From Botryllus schlosseri (taxonomy: Eukaryota), in assembly GCA_051294905.1 (NCBI GenBank), contig CM119372.1:18414001-18478000 (forward strand): a DNA stretch of 64,000 nucleotides. Reading direction: 5' to 3'. The notes beneath the pieces were generated by a model. That model was not told where the DNA came from and did not search any database. It saw only the letters and a program-made list of their open reading frames with translations. The stretch's first letter is position 1, and each line of letters opens with the position of its first letter. The position numbers and the translations under genes were made by a program. Of this stretch, positions 10,822 to 24,023 are shown piece after piece.

Positions 10822-13644
10822 CTTCTTCGTCACTGTTCATGTCAAGGATTTCGTACGTGGGGTCCTGTCTCCTGTGACGTTTCAACGAGAATTTGATATC
10901 CCTCCGTTGTTTATACTTATTGCTGTCTACCGATATATATTTCGTTTTCGGTTTCCAAGTCCGAACCGGCTTCGGAGCACCGTAAAGGTATCGCGATGGT
11001 TTCGTTCTAAAACCCTGATAGCGGCTACTGTACAACGGAAGGTCTTCGATCGTATACGACTCCAGGGCGTCCGGTTTATCGCTAGACGGAGCGTGGCGGT
11101 CAGGTCTGAACCTCACAACTCTTTGCGGCGGTTTGGGCGACTTCGCTAGATTTTCGTAGGTTTCCTCTCGAGCCCGGGGCGCAAACATTTTTTGAAGAGT
11201 AGTCAGAGGTCTGTCGCTTGGGAAATAGCAGTCTTCGTCCGTGAGAAATTCGTTGATCGGTTCTCTCTTTTTGTTATGTCGGAATTGTGATGTGTCCGAA
11301 GAATACCCGGTCCGATTCACCAAAGCCGCGTCGTTCGCAGGTCGGAAAACCGGCCGGTAACGGCTGTAGCGGGGAAATGCATATTTCGAGATCTGTTTCG
11401 GCGGAATGCTCCTGCGTATTCCGAACATGCTTGTGGAATTGGGTCCCAAGAACCCGGGACGCTTACCCGGGATTGGCTTGGACTCTGATTTGGGCGGTTC
11501 GTCCGGAATCTTTTCGGGTTTGCTGTGGCTTTTTAGAATAGCCGAACGCGGAGCTGGTATCGGGGGGTTAGATGCCTTGTTGGCAGCGTTACACTGGTTT
11601 CGCGGTATGTCATTGGCCTTCTCAGACTGGTTTTTGACAGTGTTCAATGATTTGGCGTTACCGTGTCGAGTCGGCTGTTGTGATCCTTGTTTTCGTCCTG
11701 CCTGTTTCGGAATTGTATTTAAAGTCTGTCGTTTGGGTTCGTCAGCTTCAGGAGGACCCTCCGACGAACTACTGCAGTTCGAACTCGTGTTACCGGTAGT
11801 GTAACATTCCGTCGGAATAAGGGGTTTCTTTCGTTTTGACTTCTTGGTGATTTTTTTCTTCCGCAGCACAGCCCTCTGCCTTTTCTCTTTGTTGCCATAC
11901 ACCAGGGAAGCGGGGAAGAAGTTCCGGCCTTTCGATGTGCTCACCTTTTTCGCGATATCACCGTTACTCAGAACCCTCGCCACTTTTCTCTCTCTTTTCC
12001 CGGTTTTCAGTTGAACTTGGTTATCCGGAGTGTTGGGGTTATCAGGAGAGGCGACGGTTGACGATTTAGGGGCGGTGATAAAAACGAGTTGTCGCTCGGA
12101 TGACTCTGCAGGAACGGATTCATTGTTGGAGTTCTTAGTGTCGTTCGTTGCCGGCTTGGGATGTTCGATAATTTCTTTCCGGACTTCGGAATTCTTGTCG
12201 TCACGTGACTTTGACTTTCTTAACGTTAAATTTCTAAAGGCCTGCCTCAGGGAAGCTCGTGATATAGAAAACGGCCTTTTCTTGCCGGCAGCTTCTCGGG
12301 CAGATTTACTCATAGTCTTGTCGCTTTTTGAGGTTCTTAGTGTCGCCGACTCTGAATCAGTGTCGTTATCAGCATCTTCTTCTTCATCTTCCTCGATAAG
12401 CGGTTGCAGTTCAGATACGGCTGTCATAGGTGCACGTTCCATGTCGAACATCGTCGTACTGTCGTCGCTATCTGCATTTACAGATGGAACCAACACGAAA
12501 GATCCGCTTTTTTCATCAAAATCCATCTTCGGTATTTTTTGTTCGAAATCCGGATTGGGCAATGCAACACTGGCGTTGGATAACACGCTCGGAGTTTTGG
12601 GAACAGCAGGCGACTGTCGGTCTGACTTCGGAGATACTGTAACAGACCGGAGAGTGGAGAGGAAAGCGTATTCGTCGTTTGCGATGTGAGAAAGAGAAAC
12701 ATCGCTGACGAAGGAATCTTGAAAATCTATTTTGGTGACGGCGGCGTACGGTCGGTATCTGCGTCGCAGGCTGTCGTCGAGTTGCTCCTCCAGCAACTTC
12801 ATCCTCGTCGAATTTCGAGAAGGCGGCAAGCTGCTGGCGTCCGACAACAAGGCATCGAAATCCATAGAACGCGATACCGTAAAGGGTCTCTGCGAATACT
12901 GGCTTTGCGTGAACAGGGGCGCCGTAAATTGCTGCTGGTGAAAATTTGGATCCGATTGGTATCGAGGTCCGTCGGCGCTGAACGGAGTCGGTCTCGGGAG
13001 CGGAAAATACGGCGGGGTGAAGTAGTAGTCGTTGTGTGAAAACCGTGACATCGCGGTCATTGCGCTTCGCTCCGTTTCGAAGGAATCCGGCATGATTGTC
13101 ACGGACGGGAACAGGTCGGAATTGATAGACGAACAACGCGATTTATTCCACCCGGCCTTGGGGCATCTCGGTGTCATCTTGACGGCAATCGCAGGCAAAT
13201 TCGTATCGGACATTGACACAAGTGAGCCGTTACGTGAGCGACTGTTTGTGCCGCCTTCGGGCGGACGGGGACGGTCTACAATACGCGGAAAGGTAACTTT
13301 GCTATCGCTGTCTGTGATGTATTCCATCTGCGTGGAAGGCGCGTTGAGATTTTCTCTTCCCGTGTCCGAAGGTTTCTTTCTTACCATCGGGCTGCGGCCG
13401 CGATTTTTCCGGCGTGTGGCTTTCGTTTTTTTGCGCGGTGCTTTTACCGCACCTACTATTTCTGAAACTGACTGCTTTCGATACTTTGAGGACTTGCACG
13501 CGCCACAAAGTCCGTTTCGGTGATGAGCTTTTTTGGGGCGGTGCTGATTCCATTTTGGCCGTTCGTTTCCGTTGTCTTTCCTGTTCTGATGGTGCCAATA
13601 AGTAGACGCTGTCGGCATCTTATCTGTCCCCTGCACTGCTTGCA
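10822..13644 (-). CDS. 2823-nt phase 1-1 exon encoding about 941 aa of Ser/Pro/Lys/Arg-rich disordered protein
   Basis: 965-codon ORF bounded by acceptor ttctatctttAG (13645) and donor AAG|GTAAGT (10821); no recognisable folded domain. Confidence 0.88.
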
Positions 13645-15300
13645 CTAAAGATAGAATCTATTTTCCTGAGCTTTCCTAAAATACTCCTCGTTCGCCGCAA
13701 TCCACAATAAAACCGAACAGCAGCACACATGCGAATATGCGTACGGCGAGCGTTCAATTTGTATCAAAGCGCGGTGCTCGAAGTCTAATCCAGCCCACTT
13801 AATTAGATCTTCACTATGGAAACCAGTATCTGATTCACAAGTACCACTCTTACGATGATATCTTTCATGTAACTCAAAATGTTTATGGCAAACGCAGTTG
13901 AAAAGCTGCCGCTTGCTATATTCGATGACTCGATCATCGTTACCATAAGTCAAGTATATTGCACTATTCGACGAACCTATGGTCTCATGACAACCTGCTT
14001 AACTTATATGCGATTACAAGTTGACTTCAACATGATATATCCTACGAACATTTTTATCCTACGCAAGGGAAGAACCCGGTCTAGAATATGTAACACACAG
14101 CCATACCCACGCCTAAGCTGCATTGTGCTTTATTAGGACATATCCCAATAATGTCATATCGACTCAAATGAAATTATGACATCATTTCAATATACACGAA
14201 ATCACCATTATATGATCGGTCGCTCTCGGCTCATAGTAACGAAATTTAAGTGGACTTGGAGAAAGGACTGGACACACGCTGCACATATTTAGCTTTACGA
14301 CGAGAGCTAAGAAACCTCATGACTGATGTGGGACACATAATATACGTATAGGTTCACGCGAGCTGCCGAATATCCACAAGATATGATGCAGGATCTTGCA
14401 TCTTTCTCGACAGTAATCATATTGCAGGACAAACGCTTCGTTGCTAACAACAAATATTGAACAAAATGCTAAATACATCTACCATTTCTTGCATGTTATA
14501 GCCAAGCGAATAGGGACAAAAATGAGTTCGGGTGGATTTTGCGTCTGAATCCAGAGCGCGATATTTTCGGACGCAAATATACAGTACCATCCTGACTGTA
14601 TTGAGAAAATCTTCGCATTTAGTTAATATTGATACCCATTTGCTCAAGATATATGTCAGGGACTTCATCTACATCGTCAGCAATTGTTGTCAAGCGCCCA
14701 ATACCATGTCATGCCCAGCCCACGCTTGTGTGATACGTTGGTATGGCACAGATTTGAGTATGGAAACTATTTAGTCACGTTTGAAACAAAATATCGATCA
14801 TAGGCAACAAACCACAGAATTATATGTCCCCCACCGATCGCCGGGTACGACATGCAGACACACCGCCAAGAAACATGATTAGTACGACATTTCACAAGCA
14901 CATTATGACACAACATGAAATGGGATATTGTCTGCACCCCAGAACTTGTGAAACGGAATGCGTAAGGCGCACGAAAGCACTGCGCAATGCGGATACACGC
15001 GGCTCGAATATGATATTACATCTCAACTTACGTACTCTTCCCCAAACGTACTTCTTACATAGAAACGGGCAATCTTCCATCCCATCATCAGACTCGAGAA
15101 AGATCGGCATTATGCTTCTTACCATTCTATTGCACTTCAAGACGGATAAAATTCGGGTTCATTATACTCCGACAACAAATCGAGGTGAAACCTTCGCCTA
15201 GGTACCACGATTATACCATACTCGGACGGAAATGCTATTGAAATAACGGTATAAGTGAAAATGCCTACATAATATCCATCACTATTACATGCATTGAAAA

Positions 15301-15331
15301 CTGACGAGTGTCAGCCGAAAATATTCGGGTT
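15301..15331 (+). ncRNA. minimal type-I hammerhead ribozyme-like core (Penelope pLTR relic)
   Basis: CTGACGA G TGTCAGC C GAAA ATAT TC GGGT. Downstream sequence matches 49050-49085 at the 3' end of the Penelope relic. The 5' stem-I strand is lost. Confidence 0.55.
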
Positions 15332-16785
15332 CATTTCAATACGAATATACTATGCAATTGTATATTGGAGTTCTGTACCTCCAAGAAAGCTCTTGAAAAC
15401 CACACCGTACTTATTGAAGGTCACAACAACCATGTTATTACCCCCGCTATACGCACTTTTCCTCTACCTATCATCTTTACTAAGATCTGATGACACTGGT
15501 GACAATACTACTGCTATTTTATCATAATTTTATGCATATTTCAAGGGAAATTGGCAACGCAGAAAACTATGACAATACGAGCTCTGTCAGCAACCTCTCG
15601 TTGGTTCCTAGCATCGGAACGACCAAAGTGAGTGCTAAGCCTATTGTGCCCTAAAAGCTTTGGCTATACAAGTGAAAGTGACAATAGTCGGAGAGACCAC
15701 TTGACTTACATACCTCTTATCCGGCAAAACTTAGTTGTTCTATATAGCCTTCCACTACATGATAAATAGTGTTAACATCTCAATTTCAATGAAGTTTACA
15801 ACACAATATAAAGACCCTGGTTGAAATCTCGAAAGACAGGATAAAAACACATGAAGGATAAAAACACAATACTCTACTTCTCGAAGGGCATGTGTTGCTT
15901 CAAAGCATTGTTCATAGGGTGCATTATCGAATATAATCTATGACATGAAACAGTTTTAAGAACACGACACGCTATGGTAAACGGAAACTACGATAGACCG
16001 AATAGACTCAAACACAACAATGAAAGGAAACGTATCTTCTAACTCCACCGATTCGCAGATTTATTGAGACTACTCATTTGAGCTGACAATATAAATTTCT
16101 AGGTTTGGCTACTAACGAGCTGTATATTTTAATCTATTCATGCTAATAATTAGAATATTGGGCAAGGCTTGCATCCCATTATTTGACTGGGAACGGCGAC
16201 GTCATTTCCGATTGGACATGAACATTGATCGATATACGGCATATATGATCCACGCTTGGAACTACGGTGTTATTCATCTACCCTGATGGTTTAGTTCAGT
16301 GGTTCCCAACCTTTCCAGGCCTTTGACCCCTTCGGTCGATATTCAAGCTAAATCCCCCCCTCAAAGATGAAACTTTATTTGGTAGATATTCTACAGAACC
16401 CAGCAATCCTGAAGTCATATTCCCCATAGTTGGGAGTGGGGGGCTCTGGTAAAATTGCAGGTTTATTACAGCACATACAATGTTACTAAGCCCCAAAATG
16501 TGCAGTAGGCCTAGACGCGATATCCATTAGTTTGTATAACGCATATATTCCAACCCGATATGGCAGAAGAGTAAGTATATATTATTACTTTCAAACAGGG
16601 GCCTTGATCAGGCCTGATGACACTAACAGGCATTTCCATTTTAGTAGAACCCTAACTTTTGATCTCACCGCAAACATCATTGTCTTAAGTTTTAAGATCG
16701 AAAGAGCGTTCGCGTACAATTTAGTACACTAGTATAACGAACTACCAAGCACTGCAGCAGTTAGCCGAGATAGCGCACTCTAACG

Positions 16786-17723
16786 CAGACTTGGACAACT
16801 AGATAATTCTAGTTGTCTAATTCCACTAAATTAGAGCGAAATGCCAGTAATCTAATTCTAATCTAATTTGTGAAATGCTTCCATGCTCTAATTCTAATTC
16901 TAATCTAATTTGTGAAATGTTCTTATGCTCTAATTCTAATTCTAATCTAATTTATGAAATGTCCGTATTCTCTAATTCTAATTCTAATCTAATTATTGTT
17001 TTCCTGAAAATACCTCTTTGTCCGAGGCACATTGCACTATTGCAGTGAGTTGAAAAGTATATCCCCTTGCGCAGGGAAATCCAGTGCCAAGCCGCCATCG
17101 CCTTACTTACACCGTGCAGTCATAGTAGATATTATGACGAATATAGGATGCTAGAGTAGCTTGTGGTCTGCGAACAACATTCTAGTTTCTAAAACTTTAC
17201 GTTAGTACATCGCCATTCTGACTAACATGGGCGATGCCTACGGTTACCAGAAAAGAAGTAATATTTTATTAAAGTATAGTAAAAATCGAGCCAAGCTTGG
17301 TGTACAGAAGTTAACCATTCTCATGTTATGGGAATGCACTGCGTTGTTGTTGTTTATTAAACAAAAATATGTGGCGCTTATCGCCTCACGGCCTTTTGCA
17401 CCACGCACTGTGATTTGATGTGAACTGCATTTTGCTGTATTCATTTCCCATATACAATTTCATTAAATTTCCAAGATTTTGCGAACTAAGTATAGCTCTA
17501 ATTCTAATTCTAATCTAATCTGGAAAAAGCTTAGTAGCTCTAATTCTAGTTCTAATCTAATTTGGAAAAAGCTGTGTAGCTCTAATTCTAATTCTAATCT
17601 AATTTGGAAAAACTGTGCAGCTCTAATTCTAATTCTAATCTAATTTGAAAAAAACTATGGAGCTCTAATTCTAATTCTAATCTAATTCAGAAAAGCTGAA
17701 AATTTTCTAGTTGTCCAAGTCTG
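16786..17723. mobile_element. 938-bp non-autonomous hAT element with two internal 42-bp tandem arrays
   Basis: 18-bp perfect TIR CAGACTTGGACAACTAGA; perfect 8-bp TSD CTCTAACG (16778-16785, 17724-17731); arrays at about 16850-16995 and 17496-17690. Confidence 0.9.
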
Positions 17724-18352
17724 CTCTAACGAAGACCAATAATATCGCATGGTATTAGACTTAATGCAGTGGTTCTTTAATCAGTGGACCATCGGCCATG
17801 GTCACTGGGTTTGTTAGGCAACATGACAACTCTGAGGATGGCCAAAAAGCACTTTGTAAAATACTGGCGAAACGTTTAGTTTTGTTCGTTTATTATTTCA
17901 TTCCACCAAACAATATTTTAAAAGTCGACATTATTTCACTTCAACGTTATAGTTTACACGTCTGACTTTCAGTACGAACGTCCCCAACAGAAGTTAAACA
18001 AATTCGAAATAGTGCATGACTTTTATCACTGATCTAATTATGACTAGTACACAGACTTGTGACAAGTGACAACATAATGACAACCCTAGCAATTTTCACG
18101 ACACGAAGACATTTTTCGAGATGCGGACCAAAACGAACTTGAAGGGTTGGAGCACTTCGAAATTGATCAAATCGTTAAAGGTTAAGATACAATGAATTAA
18201 AGAATGATGTTGTGATTTCGCGTAGCTAGTAATAAGCTGTTTTGTTGTGCAATCCCGCAATTGCGTGGGAGTATGACATCACCCTTGCGTTACATCCTGT
18301 CCAGAACGGATGTATTATTGTATATATAATATGGCTTGCCTGTTGTACAAAC

Positions 18353-18695
18353 CTGGGTCTGACAGCGTCGCTAGAAGTTTCGGATCTACCGGTGTTCTTT
18401 TGATATTGTTGGCCTGTTGGTCGCTTGCCGAGCTCCCGGCCTTGTTTCGTCCATCACTGTCAAGTCCATCCTGCTTTTGATCCCTTTTTGGCGGCCGAAG
18501 CGAACCTATTTTCGATTTGACGTGGGCATATTTCCGATTTCTGCGCTTCTTATTGAAGGTTTTACGCCTTCCTTCAATTTCTAGTTTCACCGCTTGTTTG
18601 CCCTCCTCGGAGTCAGACCCGAAGTACGATCCTATATACACAGCCTTCTTTGTCCCCTCAACTGGCGGGAGTTTGATTGGATACTGGCTCTTCAT
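18353..18695 (-). CDS. candidate first coding exon (MKSQYPIKLPPVEG...KYAHVKSKIGSL...LATLSDP)
   Basis: ORF 18315..18695 with natural composition; donor CAG|GTTTGT is phase 1, compatible with acceptors at 13644 and 7460. Confidence 0.6.
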
Positions 18696-21600
18696 GTGCA
18701 GTGATATGGCATCATTACGAGATGTACAGCAGTTATATCTTCAAACCGCGATACACGCGCTTGCGCTCTATTTACTCATACGCTGGTAGGCCTTCACTTC
18801 AAGCCAAAAACAGCGTTACGTGAAAGAGGTTAAAGCAATGATGGTACGTCTCGACATGATTACACGTTTGTCGAATGGTTCCCCGTATTTACAAAGAAAC
18901 GCGTATTTTGCCGAGCACAATCGTTGCTATGTGTGTAGTACCAGGCCTAAATGGATAACGCCCACTTTCGTTTGATTGACGCCTCCTAAATCTACGGGTA
19001 TGAGTTGGTTTCTGCGATAACCACCATGCTAGCCTTTGGTCATATGATTCTGATTTCAATTGTGGAAGGATCGTACAATGCTGTTGCTTACGGGTGATTT
19101 TTGAAGGCAATCTGAACGCTGCGGAAGAGTTACTGCACTACAAAGATTGATCAACACTACGTAATCTCCCAGAAGCATTGATCGTCCTTGGAATTGAATG
19201 GCTTTATGGTTTATTACCCCTGTGTCAACAAATAGCGAATTCTTCACCTAGAGATTCCATTGTCCTGAATGACAGGCATAACGCAACATACAACAGACCA
19301 CTGGACAACAAACATTCAAAATTTTCTTATGTTTACCGTTAAAGTTAGGCGAATGATAGCAATGACAGGCACAAAATAATATCCACGCATTGTTGTCTAA
19401 ATATTAGTTTTGAGGCTAGGTATAATGGGGAAATAGAGATATATTATGACGGCGATATAGGTCGCCTTTCCTAAAGAGGATATCGATAACGATCACTCTC
19501 TTCACCCATATTTGTTGCTGCATGTCGTTAATGCTGCCGAAGTAGATACCGGGCCTTTCTCTCAAAAGCGTACCTGACCTGAAATCCAAGTCCTACATTC
19601 AATCCCATAGTTTAAGGTGGTCTGCGAGTTGGCTAAACGACCTCCTGTACTCCGCTTCGTCAGGTTCCGCATACTCGTCATTAGCTGCATCTGATCTTTC
19701 CACAACATCGCCCGGCCCTAATATAGGGCCTACTTGTAGGCAGATCGGCTCACTCAGTAGTCGACTCGTGACTGTCATTATTCAGTCTAATGTGTGATTT
19801 CGCTTTCAAAGTTCAATCTTTTGATTGGAATGAAGCCCATCGCCATATTTGTACCGCTTGTTGCAATATAGGTGGGCGAGCTGGTCAGATTCTATTAGCT
19901 TATACATATTCTACTCGGCGTGACAGTGGGTTTCCGTTAAGGTCGGTTTATTAGATTTAGTACGGGTCCACAGTTATACGATAAATAAAAGCATTTTTAC
20001 AACTGCAACAAGAGTCGATGAATGCATGCATAGAACTTATGTGGTTTGGTCACTCGCTGCCACGCAAAATGCCAGCAACTATTGGCTATCGTTCCACATC
20101 ACGAGCATCATCTTGCGGTTAACGAGATGGCATTGCATTCGATTCAATGCGAGGCACAGAATATCATTATAAAATGAACGGCATACTATCTATCGCTTAG
20201 CGGAATAAGTGCGTGACATGAAGCCCAAGATAATTCTGTAGAGCACGTAAGGTCTCCGTGCTTGTCTCCGAGCCGGCTACGAACCACTGAGACAGATACG
20301 GACGAAACTCTTCATCAAATATTCTGTCGCTAGATGATGATAGGGAGAAGAATCAATGATATTTCACCAACGGACGAAACACCGGGAATGCTCGACAGTC
20401 GCGGCGCACATCCACACAGTCACGCACTTGTGGTAAAGCATCACCGACTATCATCCTAGATTCAAGAGAGGTTTTAAAGTCATTATCAAATTTATAATAT
20501 GGGTGCTATCTCATTTCGACCAACCAACAGCCCCAGCGGGTTTGATATGAATTACCAGCAGATGTTGAACGAAGCATATGATAATTCTAAAATAGTAAAC
20601 AGCTGTCTGGAATACGATTGCCTAAGTGAAGATGCTTGCCAGTTGTGTATCCGAATGGTAATAGATGTAGTAACGTTAGTAAAAACGACACTACGATTCC
20701 ACAATTCTCGTGTCCTTGTCAGGGTCAACACGAGATTTAGCATTACAAACATCTGCCCACATCTCTACAATTGCAAAGACGTATCCACGGCAACGAGATA
20801 TCTTCCAGAGTGTTGTGTATATTAGTTTATATGTCTCTCTGGGAGCGACGCGATTATACGTCATTAGGAACAATTCCAATAGGGAGAGACTCCGATGTTG
20901 GTTTAGTATTTGTATTAAACCCATTAACGACGTGTAGCTCATTGAGAGTCTTGTACTTAACAGTGCGTCCACTTCAAAAGCCTAAATCTTTTATCGCGAA
21001 AACGTAGTGATCTCCGCCCAGTCGAAGCGATCGGTAGAGTTCAAATCCGAATTTTTGTTTTCAACTTCAAAAACACTTACTCCGGACTTATATGGATGTT
21101 GAATATTATCATTTGTCAAATCATGGACTTTATCACGATCGCAACTATGATTTTCGGCGCATTCGGAAGCGCACCTGCCAGTGTTGGGATCACGGCACTA
21201 CCTTCGAGTCACAAGTCATCTCGAGTATTGCGCATTTTGACTCGAGCCAAGTCGAATCAACTCAAGAGTCCAGTCACAATTCAATTCAAGTCAAATTGAA
21301 TTTCCGAAGTATGACGGTTGATTAAAAATCTTCACATTTTTTTTAGCTAGCTATTTGAAACACATATCGATTTGACATCAAAAAACGAATTTAATAGTTA
21401 AATTATGTGCAAAACCGGCGTTGTGCCGCTCACGCATATGTAGAAGTGCTAATAAATACATAATCAACTGTGTATAGTTACAGTCTGTAATTAGCAGATA
21501 AAATAGGGGATCGAATACGAAACCCAGAGAGGTTGAAACATATTGATATGATATGATGCAATACAATTAAAGTAGACTACTACCCATCGACATACACCAT

Positions 21601-22598
21601 ACACAATACACATCAGTGACGTGCGGTGAGGTTCATGGCTGGTGAGGCACGCCTCCCCCCCCCCCAACATACAAGCACACACACAAACACGTATACGCAC
21701 GTAACAATAGCAGCGGGCATAGAGAGCATTTTCTGTGTACACTAATAGCCGTTGCAATTCCATATTTTACAATACATGTAGGACTGATCGCTATTTGTAC
21801 TACATGGGCAAGTTTAGACAGATTAATTACTTTCTCTTCAAGCAACGGTATGAATTATTCGAGGCACATGAAAATAGCATCCTCAGTTACAAATTTTTTC
21901 AGAAAAAAAAAACTAGATTTGCCGAATTTCGAAGGAAAATGTACTAGGCCGAGTCAAAATACACTAGATCTAGTGTAACACTAGGAGTGGCACCACTGAC
22001 CAAACAACAACAACGCAGGCTATGTAAGCATAGGTATCACATACCACAATTAGGAGTTATAGGTATTGCAGTCGAACACAGCATGAAGGACACAAACAAC
22101 GACAATGTATCGTAGGCAAGGAGCTATCACATACTACAATTTAAGGTAGCTATGGATGGAAAATATATAACAGCTACATAAGTAAAGGAATGTATTGGCT
22201 CCGCATTGCGTATTGCCGTCGCTACTATATAATTCCTAGCTACAAGACTGTTGGATTCCGTTTCACTGCGCTTCGATTGTCCAATTGTTAGCTAATAGTG
22301 CACGAGGCAGATTCGTTTGTGCCTCACCTGGCCATTGTTTCTCTGCGATGGCATTTTCTGTAATAAAGCCGATTGTCACCTTCATTAGCGATATTGAGGG
22401 GGTTCTGTTGGTCTGACACTGTTAATATTTGGATTTTCGGAATCAGTGTGACGATAGCCTTTGATTGATACCAGTTATCAAAGCGGTTACTGGCTGGAAT
22501 TGAACCAAATTTTGTGTGTAGGCTTAAATTAGGTAACCTAACAATTTTATCAAGTAGCCAGTACGATTTGAGAAAAAAAATCATTTTTGAAGAGCCCT

Positions 22599-23960
22599 AA
22601 CACACAGTCGATAGGAGCACTTGGGCTGCAAGAGATGTCAGTAACCTCAGATCGTATGCCGCTATACACAGTCTATTGACGCTAATTTGCATCACTAGTA
22701 ACAAAATACTAAATTGCAAATGTATGGCGAAATATTGGACATAAATTCGGCATTTTAAAACAAAAGGGTTTCGATTTCAACATGGAAGCTGTTTCGACCC
22801 TGCTTGGCTACGTCACTTCATTTATGTGCATTGAGGTATTTATTAACGTCGGGTAGTAAGTACCGATTCAGGAAGTCTGAGCTATTGTGGCGGTTCCTAA
22901 AAAATCACTAAAAAACAAATGACTAGCTGCACACATGTTTGTTAACTGCATACTTTCCAACACCAAACGGAACCATGGTCTATTACCGACAGCTAAATGA
23001 ATAGGAGAAATATTAGCTTATGATATCACAATCAAGCGGTGTACAGTAATACACTTGAGATAACATCGTACCATACTGCTCATTAACCTGTGCGTCAACC
23101 TGTACTGGCCCATAAACGTGCCTTTGTGATAGCTAGCCATCGGCTCATTGTAATTCGGATCTGGTACACCCCTGTACACCCCATCCGAGTGGTACACCCT
23201 TTGCAAATTCTGGTACACCCTAGGGCACGTCCGGCCAACCCGTGGCCCGCGGGCCACATGTGGCCCGCGAGAAGGTTTTGAGTGGCACGCGAGGTAATTT
23301 CCGAAATTTCTAATATCATCAAAAATGGATTGCACAGATTGTGAACTTGCAAGGCCAACCAAAAATTTGATTAGTCTGGCCGCAACACTTGAGATGTGAT
23401 GAATAAAATATCAGTTTCGACTCATTGACAGATCCATCAACCATTCACATATTGTTAGCCTATATCTTCGTACACTACAATAAAGCAGAATAATTTGCGA
23501 TAGATTTATCAAAGGTAAAAATCTCTACAAGCTTAGCGCACTATGTTGTCACTCGATTTCTTGTTTTTAAAATTGTTGCCCTTTTGTGAAAATTGAAGAA
23601 CACCCAATGTATCAGATTGAGTGTCGTTCAACATATGCGACCTTGCGTTTGCGCTTGCAGTAAGACCGTCGACTTTGAAACCTAGGCACGAAATGATCAA
23701 CGCATGTTGGTCGCAGCTTTCGATATCGATATGTCCATGCGCCGAATAGCCCAGCCCTCGCAAACTTATCCCAACGATATACAGCAGGCCCGCAATATAG
23801 TCAAGTGACAATATTATTGACCTATGAACTTCAAAAAATTGTCGCGCTTCGCGCGGATAGTGGCCCGCGCAAATGTTCGTCAATCGAATTTGGCCCTTTG
23901 GCTGAAAAGGTTGGCCAGCCCTGCCCTAGGGTGTACGACAACCCCGGTTGAAGAGCACTG
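22599..23960 (-). mobile_element. truncated copy of the CAGTGCTCTTCAACC hAT element, head-to-head with the 24024 copy
   Basis: 22620-23085 is an inverted match to 25490-25950 and 23086-23225 to 24053-24200. One TIR is at 23946-23960; the far end is cut by a TAGGGCTCTTCAAAAAT-type MITE. Confidence 0.75.
23226..23923. mobile_element. hAT MITE nested in the left copy
   Basis: TIRs CACGTCCGGCCAACC / GGTTGGCCAGCCCTG; perfect TSD CCCTAGGG (23218-23225, 23924-23931). Confidence 0.85.
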
Positions 23961-24023
23961 AGATAGATCATTTCGGTTGCGGTCAATTCATTTGTTATGT
24001 AACAGTCGATGATTAGTATAACG

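Noticed and set aside
10874-13605. Multiple plus-strand ORFs (for example 12030-12689, 13032-13523) and 9141-9686
   Set aside because: They are antisense or alternative-frame shadows of the long GC-richer minus-strand exons.
16850-17690. CRISPR array
   Set aside because: Spacers are 15-16 nt and similar to each other, no cas genes are present, the context is eukaryotic, and the arrays lie inside a TIR/TSD-bounded hAT element.
19560-19790. Two overlapping minus-strand frames (DEYAEPDEAEY...; MLWKDQMQLMTSMRNLT...)
   Set aside because: Both are equally plausible and neither fits the phase chain convincingly; left uncalled.
20245-20330. Cytochrome P450 I-helix-like peptide FVAGSETSTETLR on the minus strand
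   Set aside because: No ExxR, PERF or FxxGxRxCxG exons were found nearby and the donor is weak; likely chance.
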